From assembly GCF_018977255.1 (NCBI RefSeq), contig NW_024704742.1, positions 79,610,001 through 79,674,000 on the forward strand: a DNA stretch of 64,000 nucleotides, given 5' to 3'. Made by a program: the position numbers and the translations under genes. The notes under the pieces are model-generated. The model was not told where the DNA came from and made no database searches. It worked only from the letters and a program-made list of their open reading frames with translations. The stretch is from Callorhinchus milii. Taxonomy: Eukaryota. Positions 50,350 to 62,992 of this stretch are shown here, piece by piece (positions within the stretch are counted from its first letter, which is position 1; each line of letters begins with the position of its first letter).

Positions 50350-53300
50350 ACGATTCCCTTCATGAAACACAATAAAATAGACCCAGAAATTAAACAGTAT
50401 AAATGTAATAATAATCCTTGCATTTGAATATAATAATAATAATAATAATCCTTGCATTTGATATAGCGCTTTTCACGTCGGGAGGACGTCCCAAAGCGCT
50501 TCACAGAACACTGTAAAGTGAATTGACTGTATATTTTGTGAGCGAAACCCAGCAGCCAATCGTGAACAGCAGTGCTCCACATACATTCGTGGAATGAGTG
50601 ACCAAAATTATAATTTTTTTGAAGGGTTTAATATCCCCAGAAAAGCGATCCTCCAATCGACCAACAGCTGTGTTCCTACTTATTGCCAGTTAAACAGAGG
50701 CATGTGTGTTGTGTAAAGAAATTTGCCTAAGATTTCGCCTTAACCCGCCCGGGAATCTAATTGGGCCTGGGCCCTCTCACTTGAGAGGCGAGTGTGCAAA
50801 ACACTATGCTACGAGAGAGAGATGAGGAGGGGAACGGAGAGTGAGGCAGGGTCCTGGGCGAGGGGGAGAACAATGGATTAATACTTTGTACACTCAAGGG
50901 GGGGTGGGGATAATATATATATTAAAAAAAAAGACTAGAATTGCATTTCAGTTCAAGTATCCATTTAGCTCAATTGCAGAACGAGACTGAGCCATAGCTG
51001 GGTTGTTAAGGGGGTGTGAAATCTTGGACCGGGGGTGGTGAGGTGTGTGTGTGGAGGGGGAGACACCCAGTGGCTATTGTCTAGTGAGGGAACCCTGCAC
51101 CCTGCATCATGTCATGTCACACCCCCCTTGAAATCTGCGGGGGCTGTGTGTGTGCGGGGTGCTGTACGGTGGTGTGGAGGGGTAGGTGAAAAGACTAGTG
51201 TCATTCACTTCACACCTGTTTATGGGACATTGGTGCAAATTGATTGTCAAACTTCAAACACAACACTTTACAGTGTATCCTGTGAAGAATTTTGAGATAT
51301 GAAAGTCGTTACATCACATGTAGAGATTATTATTAAATGTAAGCATTATTATATAATTTGGGAAACAAGATTATGTACAAGAGCTTATATAATAATTATT
51401 TGAAGGTTTATATAAGAGGGGTAATGTTTCAAATTATGGATCTTCTGAAGTTCTTTCAACCAGCTTCAAATCATTTTTAACAATAGGGCCATGTGTAATT
51501 GAGTTGGTGGCAAAAAATTCTAATTATGCACAAGAAGACATTCAGTTGTGTGTTTAAATGTAATAGATACAAGCCATGAAGCCAAATGTAATTGAGAAAG
51601 CTTGAACAGATTTAAAATCCACAGTGCTTATGTGGTAATTACCTCCACTCCTCTGAGGAAACCAATTAAGTGCAGGACACAGTGAGTAGCCATGTGGAGT
51701 ATGATGGCATTATCAGCTGCCATTTCAAGCAGTTTCAAAACCCCAAAAGATTTCTACAAACCACATTATGGGTATCAAAAAATGTTAAAGTCCATTTTAT
51801 TTATTGTTCTTATGTTCTTGATGGACACCTACACTTAAGGAGGGTTCTATCTCAATAGGTAAACATTTCAGAAGTTTTCTTTGGTCAGCCGAGTGTCTGA
51901 CACATGTGGAAACCCATAACAATGCTTAAGAGTATCCAAACTGAGAGTGCCGGGCATCCCAACTATAGATGCAAACTCCCGTGGTTGGAATAGAATGTCC
52001 ACTCTTTCCTGAGAGGGACGCACCTGCTAACTGATTACTAGAGAGTATTAGGTGCAGTCTGGCAAGAGCCTAGAGTGCATGTTGGGGTACTTTAACCACC
52101 AAAAACTGCAAAACTTGCTATTAAAGGCACTGTCTGGCAAGCTTCCTGCTGATTGTCCAGTGAGGACCACCCTACTCATTAAGGCTTTGACATGAGGGTT
52201 AAGAAGACCTGAGTGTGAAGTGTCCCCATCCCCACCACAGCCTGCCACCCCAGGTACTGTCAGTGAGCCAGGTTGGTTGGTCTGTTATCAGCAGTACCCT
52301 GGAATACTGCAGACTTGCCTGACTCAGGAACTGCACAGCATAAACCATTTGACTTGACTCTGACATTGTCAAGTTCGTCACCTTGGAGCCGCTTCAGCTC
52401 CATGGAGAATCTGCTTACGGATATGGAGCTTGAACCCACAAATGTCTGATCAAGAGAAACAGTGGAAGGCAATAGGAATATTTCATAAGATTTCATCATA
52501 GATTTGCAAATAGTTGCAGGTATTTAATGCAGTGCAAACTTTGAGGATATTTATTGAACCTATAATGGCACATCAAACACAGCATATGCAAAACCATTCC
52601 TTAATGGGATGCGATGTGTATCTGAGCTATGGACTGGAAGATCTCACGCAATTCATGCTGAGCTGCCCACCAGGAAGCTCACAGGGAATTCCTGGTACCC
52701 GCCATCCACCTAGTGAGGGTCCTATCTGGACAAGCAGAGGGAAAGCTTGTCAGGTAATGTTTTCAATGGCAAGCTATGTGGTCTTAGCTGGTTAGACTCC
52801 AGCAGTAGCCCAATGCACATTCTGGGGTCCCCAAGCCCTGGTTCTTGCCTTATACTCTCCGGAATTAGGTAAGCAGGATGCATCCCTCCAGGGAGAGAGT
52901 ACATATTCCATTCCAATAAACATCTCTGGAATTCCAATACAAAGGTGGGATGCACGGAATTCTCAGTTTGGTTTGGATACACTTAAGCATGGTGATGAGC
53001 TTCTGACTGCCTCCACTAGCCTCCCTAATCTTAATAAGAATGATTTGCAATAAAGTAAAGAATTAAGTGCAAACCTAATATGTTGGTATTCACTGGAATT
53101 AAGTTGGATCGAGTTCATAAAATCCCCTGAACCAACATCATTCTAAAGTTGCCACAGAGTATTGCACAGATCATGTCCATCACAGACACCAGCAACAGTC
53201 ATAATACAGCTGACAAAATCATCCTTTTTAGACTCCAAACAGCCACAACATGTCTGAATTTGAAGGTATCACTGAGGCCAGGGAGAATGAATAACTAAGG

Positions 53301-53597
53301 ATTGTGCCATTACTTTGGGGGGTGGACATTGTGCTTTTTTGGTCAGCCAGTCACCCATCACAGTAACAAGTTGCTTTTTAAATGAGTCTAGTGTCCTGGT
53401 CTCCACCAACTTTCCTGGCTACCTGCTCCAACCGTTGATTAGCCTCTAAGGAAAAAAAACATTTACTAATATATGCCTTGAAATTGCCCTTTACAACTCT
53501 AAATGTCCTCTTGTTCTGCTATCTTGTTGTATTCTGAAGCATTGATCTAGGTGTTGATATGATGCACTAAAATGTGCCAGACAAATTTCAGTTGTAC

Positions 53598-53842
53598 CTT
53601 TCAACTTTGACTTAGCCTGTTGCAAATGATCTTTCAGAGTAAGTGCTGTGTTATAGTTGTCTGATGCCTTTTCTTCAAGAGCAGCTAAGGAGTCATTCCT
53701 AAACATTATCATGGCCTGCTGGATAGTTGTGTTTGCTGTCTGGACGGTTGTCATTGATGCTTCCATCATTTTGGTAATGTTGCTAAATGTCTCCATGACA
53801 TTAATAGCATCTTTGCCATGTTGCCCAGCCACCATGAAAATC
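53598..53842 (-). CDS. Open laminin-alpha domain II exon (IFMVAGQHGKDAINVMETFSNITKMMEASMTTVQTANTTIQQA...QQAKSKLK)
   Basis: Acceptor tttacatttatttcctAG, donor AAG|GTACAA; 245 nt, phase 2 in (matches the previous exon) and phase 1 out. DAINVMETFSNITKMMEAS resembles LAMA3 AVDAATAYENILNAIKAA. Confidence 0.8.
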
Positions 53843-54012
53843 CTAGGAAATAAATGTAAATATGATCAATTTTCTTTTTAAGGGACTTGTCCTCTCATCT
53901 ATGGTATAGACCAATGAGATAGAATGATGGCATTGCTAACAAAAGCAATCCTGAAAGTGCATTTTTCAATATTTCAAGGGTTGAAAACATCAGCCCCCAC
54001 CCTCCCACCCCT

Positions 54013-54108
54013 CTCTCCATAGATGCTGCCTGACCTGTTGAGTGTTCTCAGCAACATCTGTGTTTTTTTATTTCTGATTTCCAGCTCCTGCAATATTTTG
54101 CCTTTTGT
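54013..54108 (+). repeat. Partial copy (right arm plus tail) of the Penelope-type element; another at about 43343-43405
   Basis: ctccatagatgctgcctgacctgttgagtgttc...tttccagc...tattttgccttttg matches 59370-59457. Confidence 0.75.
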
Positions 54109-55005
54109 ATATTATAATGGGATTGGCCTGTAGAAGGAATTTAGTAATTGTTCTATTCTTAGTCTTGTGAATACAGTAGATTTGCTTAGTTCCAATTGTG
54201 TAGAACTCAAGTAATAAGTACCTTAAAATACAATAGATTGATTTGTACCAGAGAAAGTTTGATTTGTACTATAAGAACAGATAACGCATTGGTATCCATT
54301 CCTGATTAGTTTTTAGTGCAATATGCAGTTTCCCTCAGGACATAAGAACATAAGAACATAAGAAATGCTAGACAAAAAAAGACCAAGGTCCATCTAGTTC
54401 ACCTTCCTGGCGGTCACATGCACATATGTCCCAAAGTACCTCTGTACTATATCCCATCATGTTATTTCCTAAAACTATCTAATCTGTGTTTGAAAGAATC
54501 AACACTTCCTGCTTCAACAGTCTCCTTAGGAAGGCTGTCCCATGGGTCCATTATTCACTCACTGAAAAAGTATTTGTGTAGAGTCGTTCTAAATTTACCC
54601 CCCTAAGTTTTATTGCAAGTGCAGCTTGGTCCTGAGAAAATGTCAAACATGTAGACCACTGTATAGTATCTACATTGATGTGTCAATATATTGAAGTCAG
54701 GTTCCAACCAACAAAGGACTTTATAATAATAATCGTTGCATTTGATATAGCGCCTTATTACATCTTCAAGACGTCTCAAAGCGCTTCACAGAATATACTG
54801 TAAAGTGAATTGACTGTATATTTTGTTGCCGAAATATACAGTCAATTTGCCCTGCTAACATTTATACATTTCTTCCACCAAATCTTGTGTTAAAAATTAG
54901 TTTATTTTCAATCTATTTCCTCAGCATGTCAATGGTTATAATTACTAACGTACCAGAATGAAATTCAATTGGACAATTTCATTCTTACAATAAAAAATGA
55001 AAGAC

Positions 55006-55150
55006 CTTTGTATCTTCTGAGCCTGGTGCTCCAGTTGCTCCACGTAATCCTTTGTTCGTCTCAGCTTTGGCTTTAATGTTTGAATGTTTTTCTGAGTATT
55101 GTTTAATGTATTCTCCAGTTTCTTCAGGTCTTGCAGCAATCCTGAAGAGC
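55006..55150 (-). CDS. Open laminin-alpha coiled-coil exon (SSGLLQDLKKLENTLNNTQKNIQTLKPKLRRTKDYVEQLEHQAQKIQR)
   Basis: Acceptor atatttctcaaacAG (in-frame alternative start at 55141), donor AG|GTCTTT; 145 nt, phase 1 in and phase 2 out. DYVEQLEHQAQKIQ resembles the laminin-alpha LVEEAEKHARSLQ motif. Confidence 0.75.
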
Positions 55151-55899
55151 CTGTTTGAGAAATATAAAATAATCAATGCTTAATCATTCACCCAGATTTT
55201 AAATTAACAATAACATCCCATTGCAAATGATCAGTTTTAATGCTTTTATTTTTAAAAAATGATTTCAGTAAAAAAATTAAATAAGAAATTATAGTGCCTA
55301 CAATTTACAGGCTGTCTCACACCTCAGCCTCACTTGTCTTGGAGATCAATGATCATTTAGCGATCATTGGGGGGAACATAGTTTATCATTATTATTAATA
55401 GTAATAATAATCTGTTCTTTTGATACAGCACTTTACCTTGTCGCAATGCCTCAAACCTCCTCACGAGATTTACTGAAACAGTAGGGACTGTGTCTGTGTA
55501 AATATATAAGTTGCGGTTGTATTTGTACAACAACAATAACAAATTGCATTTATATAGCACCTTTCATGTCAGAAGGATATCCCAAAGTGTTGGATAGTCA
55601 AGACTTTGCACCTGAGTGAGCTGGCGTTTGGATTCAGGAGGGGCGGGGGCTGGATGTGAGCAGGCAAAAATGACTGAAAGCATGATCTTAAGATGGACCT
55701 TGAAGAAGGTGAGGGAAGAGATGAGATGAAGGGACTCCAGGATGGACACAGATAGTTTGATAGCCTGACCACCAATGAGTGTTTAAAAGTGAGAATGAAG
55801 ATCTTGAACTCAATCCTCTGGAAGGTGGGGAACTAGTGGAGCTGGATGAGATTGGGGGTGATCTACTCATGGAACCTAAGGTGGGAGACAAATACAGCA

Positions 55900-57197
55900 G
55901 CCAATTTTAATGAATGTGCTCACTTTCTCCTGTTCATTCTCTTCTTCAACACATTTTGAATTTCGACTCTCTTACTGTCATATTGAAAAAAATCTTTATT
56001 TACATTGCATTCAGCCTAATGGCCAACCTTTCCTTTCTTCGAACAAGCTTTGTAACTTTTTGCTAATCTTAATATTCCTTTTTATTTCCCTATTGATCCA
56101 GTTTGATCATTTCCTGCTGAACTTGGGCTTCTGCTTGCCCTGGAAGCTTTGCATAATGTTTTTCATGTATGTCCATTTATCCATTTAACTGGTTTGTCCT
56201 TGAGTAATGCTTCCCAGTCTATGTCACTTAGCTCAGTCCTCATTCCCCAGAAGTATGCCAGTCTAAAGTTGTACACCAGAGTTGGTTACGTACTTAATAA
56301 TAATAATAATCCTTGCATTTGATATAGCGCTTTTCACGTCGGGAGGACGTCCCAAAGCGCTTCACAGAACACACTGTAAAGTGAATTGACTGTATATTTG
56401 TGGGCGAACGCGGCAGCCAATTGCGCATAGCAATGTCCCACAAACAGTCGAAGATTGAAAATGACCAATTTATTATTGTTTTTGGTTTTGGAGGGATTAT
56501 TATTAGGCGTGTGGAGTAAGGAAACTTGCCCAAGGTTTCGCCCTGTGCCTGGAATTGAATTCAGGTCTCTCGCTTGCAAAGCGAATGCTCTAACCACTGA
56601 GCTACTGGACTCCACTTGTGCCATTTCCTAACTCAAATTGAATGTTGTTGATCTGTGGTCACTGACACCCAGTGGATCAACTACTTCCACTCCATGAATA
56701 GTGTCTAGGTCACTGACTACAATTAGGTCAAGGAGGGAGCTGCCCCTGTGCACTCCGACACACTGAGTCACAAAGCAGCTACACCCTATATTAACAAGCT
56801 TAGAATCCTTTTGTGGTGGAGCAGAGGACCTCTGAACCTGTGTCCACTTCACCCAAATGAGCTCCACCAGTCCTCTACCAATATCTTCCCATTTGGGCAA
56901 TTGCAGTTTATATTGGACGGATTGAAGTCCATCAGCAGTACAATCCTCTTTGTCTCATACACACTCCTAACATTATTATGTAGTGATAAGTCACTCTCCC
57001 CACTTTAGCCTGATGACCTACAGCAAACCCCAAATGTTAGTCCAGTCTTTCCCATTGAACACATCTAACTAGAGGATTTTATACTGTGATTGATCCTGCA
57101 TTGCTGGTTCAACTAACTTAACCTCCCTTGGACATATGGAAACCACTCCGCTTTTCCTATCTTTCCTGAATAACCTGTGCCCTTCACAATTGCTCAC
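55900..57197 (-). mobile_element. CR1 LINE endonuclease-region fragment split by a SINE
   Basis: LLDLIVVSD...PLGVSDHRSTTF (endonuclease end), then RTELSDIDWEALL...WINREIK. Confidence 0.8.
56295..56612 (-). mobile_element. tRNA-derived SINE, short subfamily, inserted in a CR1 fragment
   Basis: Near-consensus reverse-complement copy with CR1 ORF2 sequence on both sides. Confidence 0.92.
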
Positions 57198-58509
57198 NAA
57201 AAAACTGCAGAACAGGACTTAACGATACTGCCATTCAGCATGTCATGACCACAATGTACTTTACATTAACTGACAAAACTAAATACATTAAAAGGCACAA
57301 TAATATAAATAATGATTTTGAATTTGGGAAGCAGAGTGCATCCCTCCAAGGAGAGAATGCACATTCCATTCCAGGCACAGGAAAATTTCCATATGTAGGT
57401 GGCATACATATGAGGAACACTCAGACTGATTTGGATACTCTTAAGCATAATGATGGTTTTATGCTTGTGTCAGACATCCAGCTGATAAAAAAAACAATGA
57501 TGATGTATGTAACAAAACATATTTTGCAATTGAAACAGCAGCAAATATTTTACTTTTAAAATGTGAATGCACAAAGCCTTAATTTACTTTTCATTTACCC
57601 CTAGAGTCCAATACTCTCATCAGCAATGTTCAATTTAAATGTTGAAGATATTTTGAAAAATGGTTCCATGTGCAGTCCAAGAATGAAACCAAACATAAGA
57701 AACAGTGCCAATGCTGCAAACAAATAAAATCCCCAGCAATATTCATAATAGCTTATCATGAGACAATTGGAGAAAAAGTACAATTAGAACATACTGCAGA
57801 AAAATATTATAAAAGGTTTACATTTGATGAAACTCCAATTATATTTTTGAATAGTGAGAGACAATTCTGTGTCTCCATGTCTGAAAGGAAATATGAGTCT
57901 TATGCGTACAACCATTCATCAAGCTTAGTATTCAGTGCAACACATAATGTGAGTTACGTCAGTGACAGCATGATGTTCACAGATGGCTAGCTGGCTGGCT
58001 GAATGAATAGACTTCCAGTTACCCCTTTCCAGAAAAATTATAAAGGATTGAATGGACACCGGTTTAGTAAAAATGAATCAAGACACTTGAATTGTTGAAA
58101 AGAACAAATTATTGTTCACAACTGAACAAATGCAAGAATAAACAAAAGCTCAATAGCTCATTTTGAATTATTTACTCTGTGTGGTAAAGTAGCGGCTGAA
58201 AGTGGTAAGAAATACATTTTGTTATCTTGTGACTGTATCTTGCCAGGCATTGCCTTTCACAGTGTTTATTGTCTTGAGTTTACTTCCTGACACAAGTATG
58301 AAAATGCACTCTTTACCTTTTAGGTAGTTCAGGTGATTGAGTTGTGAAAAGCGTCCAGATGGGACAGGTTTAATTCCTAGTGGACCCGTCTAACATTCAC
58401 AAATGATAAAATGAGCATTGTGGCCCAAACTCTTTTTCAATAAGAACACTTTTCTTCATGATAGATTCTTCAAACTGATTAATGAGTGACTGTGGTTACA
58501 CTATGTTAC

Positions 58510-58669
58510 CCTTCTATTCTTCAAGCCCGTCATTACGTGTCATTCAATGTTTGTTTAACCAACAAGTGGCCAAAGTATGGTTAAGCAGCTTCTCAATCTT
58601 TTATTCAGTGAACTCCAGTCTAAATCTGGTTTACCTCCTGGGTGGAGATTATCTCCTAACTGGATAGTT
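58510..58669 (-). pseudogene. Decayed laminin coiled-coil (domain I) exon (TIQLGDNLHPGGKPDLDWSSLN/KIEKLLNHTLA...)
   Basis: Strong acceptor tttcttcttctgtctttcttaacAG and donor G|GTAACA. A frameshift and stops are needed to read through. Confidence 0.45.
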
Positions 58670-59267
58670 CTGTTAAGAAAGACAGAAGAAGAAACATGGC
58701 AAATGGAGTGTAAAATGGTTTAGATTGCTAAAAGTAGCAAGGCAAAAGAAATGAGATGAAGTGGAAAAGAAAGTCATAATAATGATTGCACTTGATATAG
58801 TGCCTTATCACTTTGTTAAGACGTCCCAATAGCTTCACAGAGTATACTGTAAAGTGAATTGACTGTGTATTTTGTGGGTGAAACACAGCGACCAATTGCA
58901 CACAGCAGTGTCCCACAAACAGTTGTGGATTGAAGTGACCAATTTATTTTTATTAATTTATTTTTTTGAAGGATTTATTACCCCTGGAAACCAATCCGCC
59001 AATTGACTAACAACCATTTTCCTACTTAGTGCTGGGTAAACAGAGGCATGTGGAGTAAGGAATCTTTCCAAACATTTCATCCCACCCGGGAATCAGCTTC
59101 TCTCGCTTGCGAAGCAACTGCTCTAAGCAATATGCTACAGGACTCCACCCATGTGGGACAAGGCCACTGAAAATAAAATCTGCTCGTGGACATACATGGC
59201 TATATGTAGATTGCTGATATCTAAATAGGAAAGAACAGTCATGGAAGCAATGTGACTAGAAATATTA

Positions 59268-59456
59268 ACAGAAGCCGCTGGGAACACTCAGTAGGTCAGG
59301 CAGCATCTATGGAGAAACAAAAGTTCTGACGAAGGGTCGTGGACCCGAAACGTTGACTCACTTTCTTTTCTCCATAGATGCTGCCTGACCTGCTGAGTGT
59401 TCCCAGCGACTTCTGTTTTTGTTCCAGATTTCCAGCATCTGCAGTATTTTGCGTTT
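59268..59456 (+). mobile_element. 189-bp Penelope-type palindromic non-autonomous insertion carrying a hammerhead ribozyme
   Basis: Perfect 15-bp direct repeat TGACTAGAAATATTA at 59253-59267 and 59457-59471 (target-site duplication). Inverted arms at 59267-59317 and 59367-59417. Confidence 0.85.
59322..59358 (+). ncRNA. Minimal type I hammerhead ribozyme motif
   Basis: Stem I AGUU/GACU; core CUGACGA(A); stem II GGGUC-GUG-GACCC; GAAA; palindromic AC-GU stem III; cleavage triplet GUU (59352-59354). Confidence 0.75.
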
Positions 59457-60100
59457 TGACTAGAAATATTATTGGTTAGATAAGATTTTTCCAGACACAG
59501 TTGAATCTCCTATGAGATGGACAATTCTTAAAGCACAATGTTATCCCATGTTCTGAAATGATCGTAACATGTCAAAAAACACAGATAATTCCAGTATTTG
59601 TTTTTCCTGCCTGCCTGACCAGTTGGATGGTAAAGATCTCAGGGTACTATTCAAAAAGAGAAGGGTGTTTCTCCTGGTGACATGGTCAACAATTCCCCAA
59701 ATAAAATGGGTTACTCACTTAATGGCTTTTTGTGAGACATTGCTATATGTGAACTGATTGCTGCGTTCGGCTACAAAATACACAGTAAATCCTGTGAAGC
59801 TATTGAGCCATACTGACGACATGATAAGGCACTGTATCAAATGCAAGGATTATTATCACTGAAATAGGGAACGAAAGTACAATGAAAGCTTGTAGGACTG
59901 AACCATCATAAATCAACCTTGAACAATCAGGAAGGAGCAGTCAGCTATACAGCAATGACCTAGATTTGAAGTAATAATAAGTTGCTTTTGTTTCTGCTTC
60001 ATTTTCCAGGTGAGTATTCAGCTTGGAAATTGAGGATTTTCAAATTCAGGATGTATTTCAATTATCTTTACTGAACAAAAAGTCCTTTGGTTTTATTCAC

Positions 60101-60216
60101 CATCATAAAGCCTTTTTCGTAGGAAATGCAATGTGTTGTTCTGCATTCAATTGTTTGAAGAAATGTTGCTTTACATTCTGAGTTCTGAGGCAACATTCAG
60201 CAACTGTGTACATAAA
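60101..60216 (-). pseudogene. Candidate decayed coiled-coil exon (LCTQLLNVASELRM*SNISSNN*MQNNTLHFLRKRLYD)
   Basis: Bounded by AG and GTGAAT, with heptad-like composition and two stops. Weak similarity only. Confidence 0.25.
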
Positions 60217-60849
60217 CTGTGTGGAGTTTTGATCAAGTAAACCTTTCATTTACAGTAATCAAAACGTCACAAAGAATTCAGAGATTAATTGTAATTGAGT
60301 TTTGACCTTCTGGTAATGATCTAAATCCCCAATCTATGTGTGAAATAATACAGAATGCTGCCAGATATCCAGTGCAAAAAAATTTATAATGAAAGTTTTC
60401 TATTTGATTACGTTTTATTTCAGCAAAAGAACATTGATGTGATTTTCTGTGTTAATTTTAATATGGTAAAAGATCACTGCCAGCTAAATCCTATACAAGA
60501 ATGAAGGGAGTCTTACAATATGGAATTTTTAATTTCAATGCAAAGTTTGAAAGCTGGGCTGGAGCAATTATTTCTTCACTCTTAATAATAATTTGAAGGA
60601 TCAGAAACCTGGCTTTTGGAAGCTAGGAGACTGAGCTAAACTTAGAAATGTTATCTCTCAGATTGCTTGAAGCTGTACAGAGAATTTGGTTGCTAGGATC
60701 TCTTGTGTAAACATTGTGCAAACAATAATGTCTTTTACGTGAGTTGTTCAGACCGTATGTAAATGTTTTATTAATGAATGATAAAACTGATATATCTGTT
60801 GGTCTTTAAATTGGTCATTTAAGGACGGTTCAGTACATAAGAGGACAAG

Positions 60850-61163
60850 CGAGTCAAATAGCTCAGTGGTTAGAGTACTCGCTTTGCAAGTGAGACACCT
60901 GACTTCAATTCCAGGCAGGGCGAAACCTTGGGCAAGTTTCCTTACTCCACACGCCTGATAATAATCCCTCTAAAAAAACAAAACAATAATAAATTGGTCA
61001 TTTTCAATCCATGACTGTTTGTGGGACACTGCTGTTCGCAATCAGCTGCCGCGTTCGCCCACAAATATACAGTCAATTCACTTTATAGTATATTCTGTGA
61101 AGCGCTTTGGGACGTCTAGAAGACGTGAAAAGTGCTATATCAAATGCAAGGATTATTATTATT
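60850..61163 (+). mobile_element. tRNA-derived SINE, short subfamily
   Basis: TAGCTCAGTGGTTAGAG head and (TTA)n tail. Confidence 0.9.
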
Positions 61164-61299
61164 AAATCTGAATTACATCAGCTAAGCAGTTCACAAGATC
61201 ACTGATTGTTTGGGATGAAGAAAGTCTTTGGGTCTATTTCATCTCATTCTTCCAGATTACATACCCTAATGTTTTCCCATCGCAGCATATCAAGATACT

Positions 61300-61460
61300 G
61301 TGTTTTTTAAAAAGCGTCCAGTGTCCTAGCCTCAACCAGATTTTAGCTTTACAACAATGCCTTGACTTTTGGGATTGTGCTGAATTTTGGGAAAAGCCTT
61401 AAATTTGCTAAAAGGTATTTTTCTGCAGTTCCACACTTAAGGAAAGTCAATCATTGCAAG
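61300..61460 (-). pseudogene. Candidate decayed first coiled-coil exon (ACND*LSLSVELQKNTF*...)
   Basis: Acceptor catatttctggacacAG, phase 1 and so compatible with the MAM exon. CND-TGA resembles the CxxC that opens laminin-alpha coiled coils if the TGA derives from TGY. Several stops; the 3' boundary is approximate. Confidence 0.3.
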
Positions 61461-62992
61461 CTGTGTCCAGAAATATGAGGGTCATACAAAAGTATAGGAG
61501 GTTTGAAATGCAGCAATGCGATGCAGTTGTTATCTCATACCTTCAGAACTGATGTGTAAAAGTCACAGTGGCTAGTTTGGTTGTGATGCAACTAGAATGC
61601 TATTTGTATTACCATACCTGAATAAATGATACCAACTGTGCTGTCAGGATCAATTTTCATTTTTATTCAAGAGCTGATCACATCCTTGTAGTACTTCAAG
61701 ATATACATTTTTAAAGAAGCTGCATAATCTTTGGAGATAGGTGAAGCATTTTTAAAAATATAATTAGCTTTGATCCCTCATACAGCCTTGAGGGGTCAAC
61801 AAAAAAGAATACCGTTTCTTTTACTTGAGACTGTGAATCAAATTCCCCACTGAGTAAGAGTTACCCTGAAGAGGCTATGAAAGGAATATTTTGAAATTTT
61901 GCAAAATATCTGTGCTGCAAAAGAAAGACAAGCTTTGAAGGAAAATTATCATTTTTTAAACACCAGTCATTAGGTGTTGGGAGTTAAAAGAAACAAAGAA
62001 TTGGTTTCATGTGTATTTTAAAAGCAGGAGTAACCATTCAGTCTGTGCCACCAATCAATTGATCAATCAATTCATCAATCAGTCTCTCCACCCACTCATC
62101 CATTCATCTACCCATCCATCTCCAAGCCAATATAAAACTGACAAATATTTCAATCCACTGTGTGAGTCATTCCATAGTTAAAGCAGAATGGGTCCAGAGT
62201 ATTACAGTTGTAAAAATACTGTGGTTGTACATTTTCATATATAGAATAATTGCCAAATACAATTATAATGCAGTAATTTTGTAATCAATCTCTCTCTTTC
62301 AAATTTCTCAATCTATTGTCTATCATTTGTCTTCTGAGCCAGCGCATTCCACATTCTCAAAACCTTTCATGAAGATAATGTTTTCTTAATTCAATTGTAA
62401 ACAGCTCTAATTTTAAGATCTCAATTCCATGGATGTTAAATTGTATGACAAATGGTCCAACAAATAAGACCAGGTGAGAGAGAGTGAAATTCCACCTAGG
62501 CCCATATTTACTCTATTTATATGTAGCATTTCAGCTGCCTATTTGGCAAATTGTTGAATTCAGTCTCAACTTTGTAGTTAACCCTGTAATGATGAGTCAA
62601 CAGACTCGCTAACATTCTGCTCAAGTGTAGATGTCATTGTGATCCATCTGATTTTGTGCGTGCACGAGAATATGTCTTTAGAAGTTTACATTCTCTGAGT
62701 TGTTGGTCTCAGGTGGGGATGCATGGGGAGGCTAAATTGCCCCTGGTCTTTCTTGGAGTAGAGTAGAGAAAAACAGCTTCTACAACATATTATTAGAGCC
62801 CTGGGATGCTGCAGTATTTCCAGTATGATTTTCAGTTTCCAGATCCTCAAAGTAAAAGCAACATGAATTATACAGAATATCAGCATTCACTCAATTTGCA
62901 CATTAGAAAGAACTGGGACATCAATTAATTGTTTGATCATTGCATGAACTGTTTCTAAGAACTCGTAAGAATAGCATCAAATTTAATCTCAC

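Noticed and set aside
57601..57990. Hydrophobic minus ORF, plus-strand ORF and nearby AG/GT pairs
   Set aside because: No recognisable motif or consistent phase with neighbouring exons.
61541..61617. Possible laminin-EGF remnant (HNQTSHCDFYTSVLK before a GTATGA donor)
   Set aside because: Too short and disrupted to call. If an alignment confirmed it, an LE module would lie between the MAM exon and the coil.
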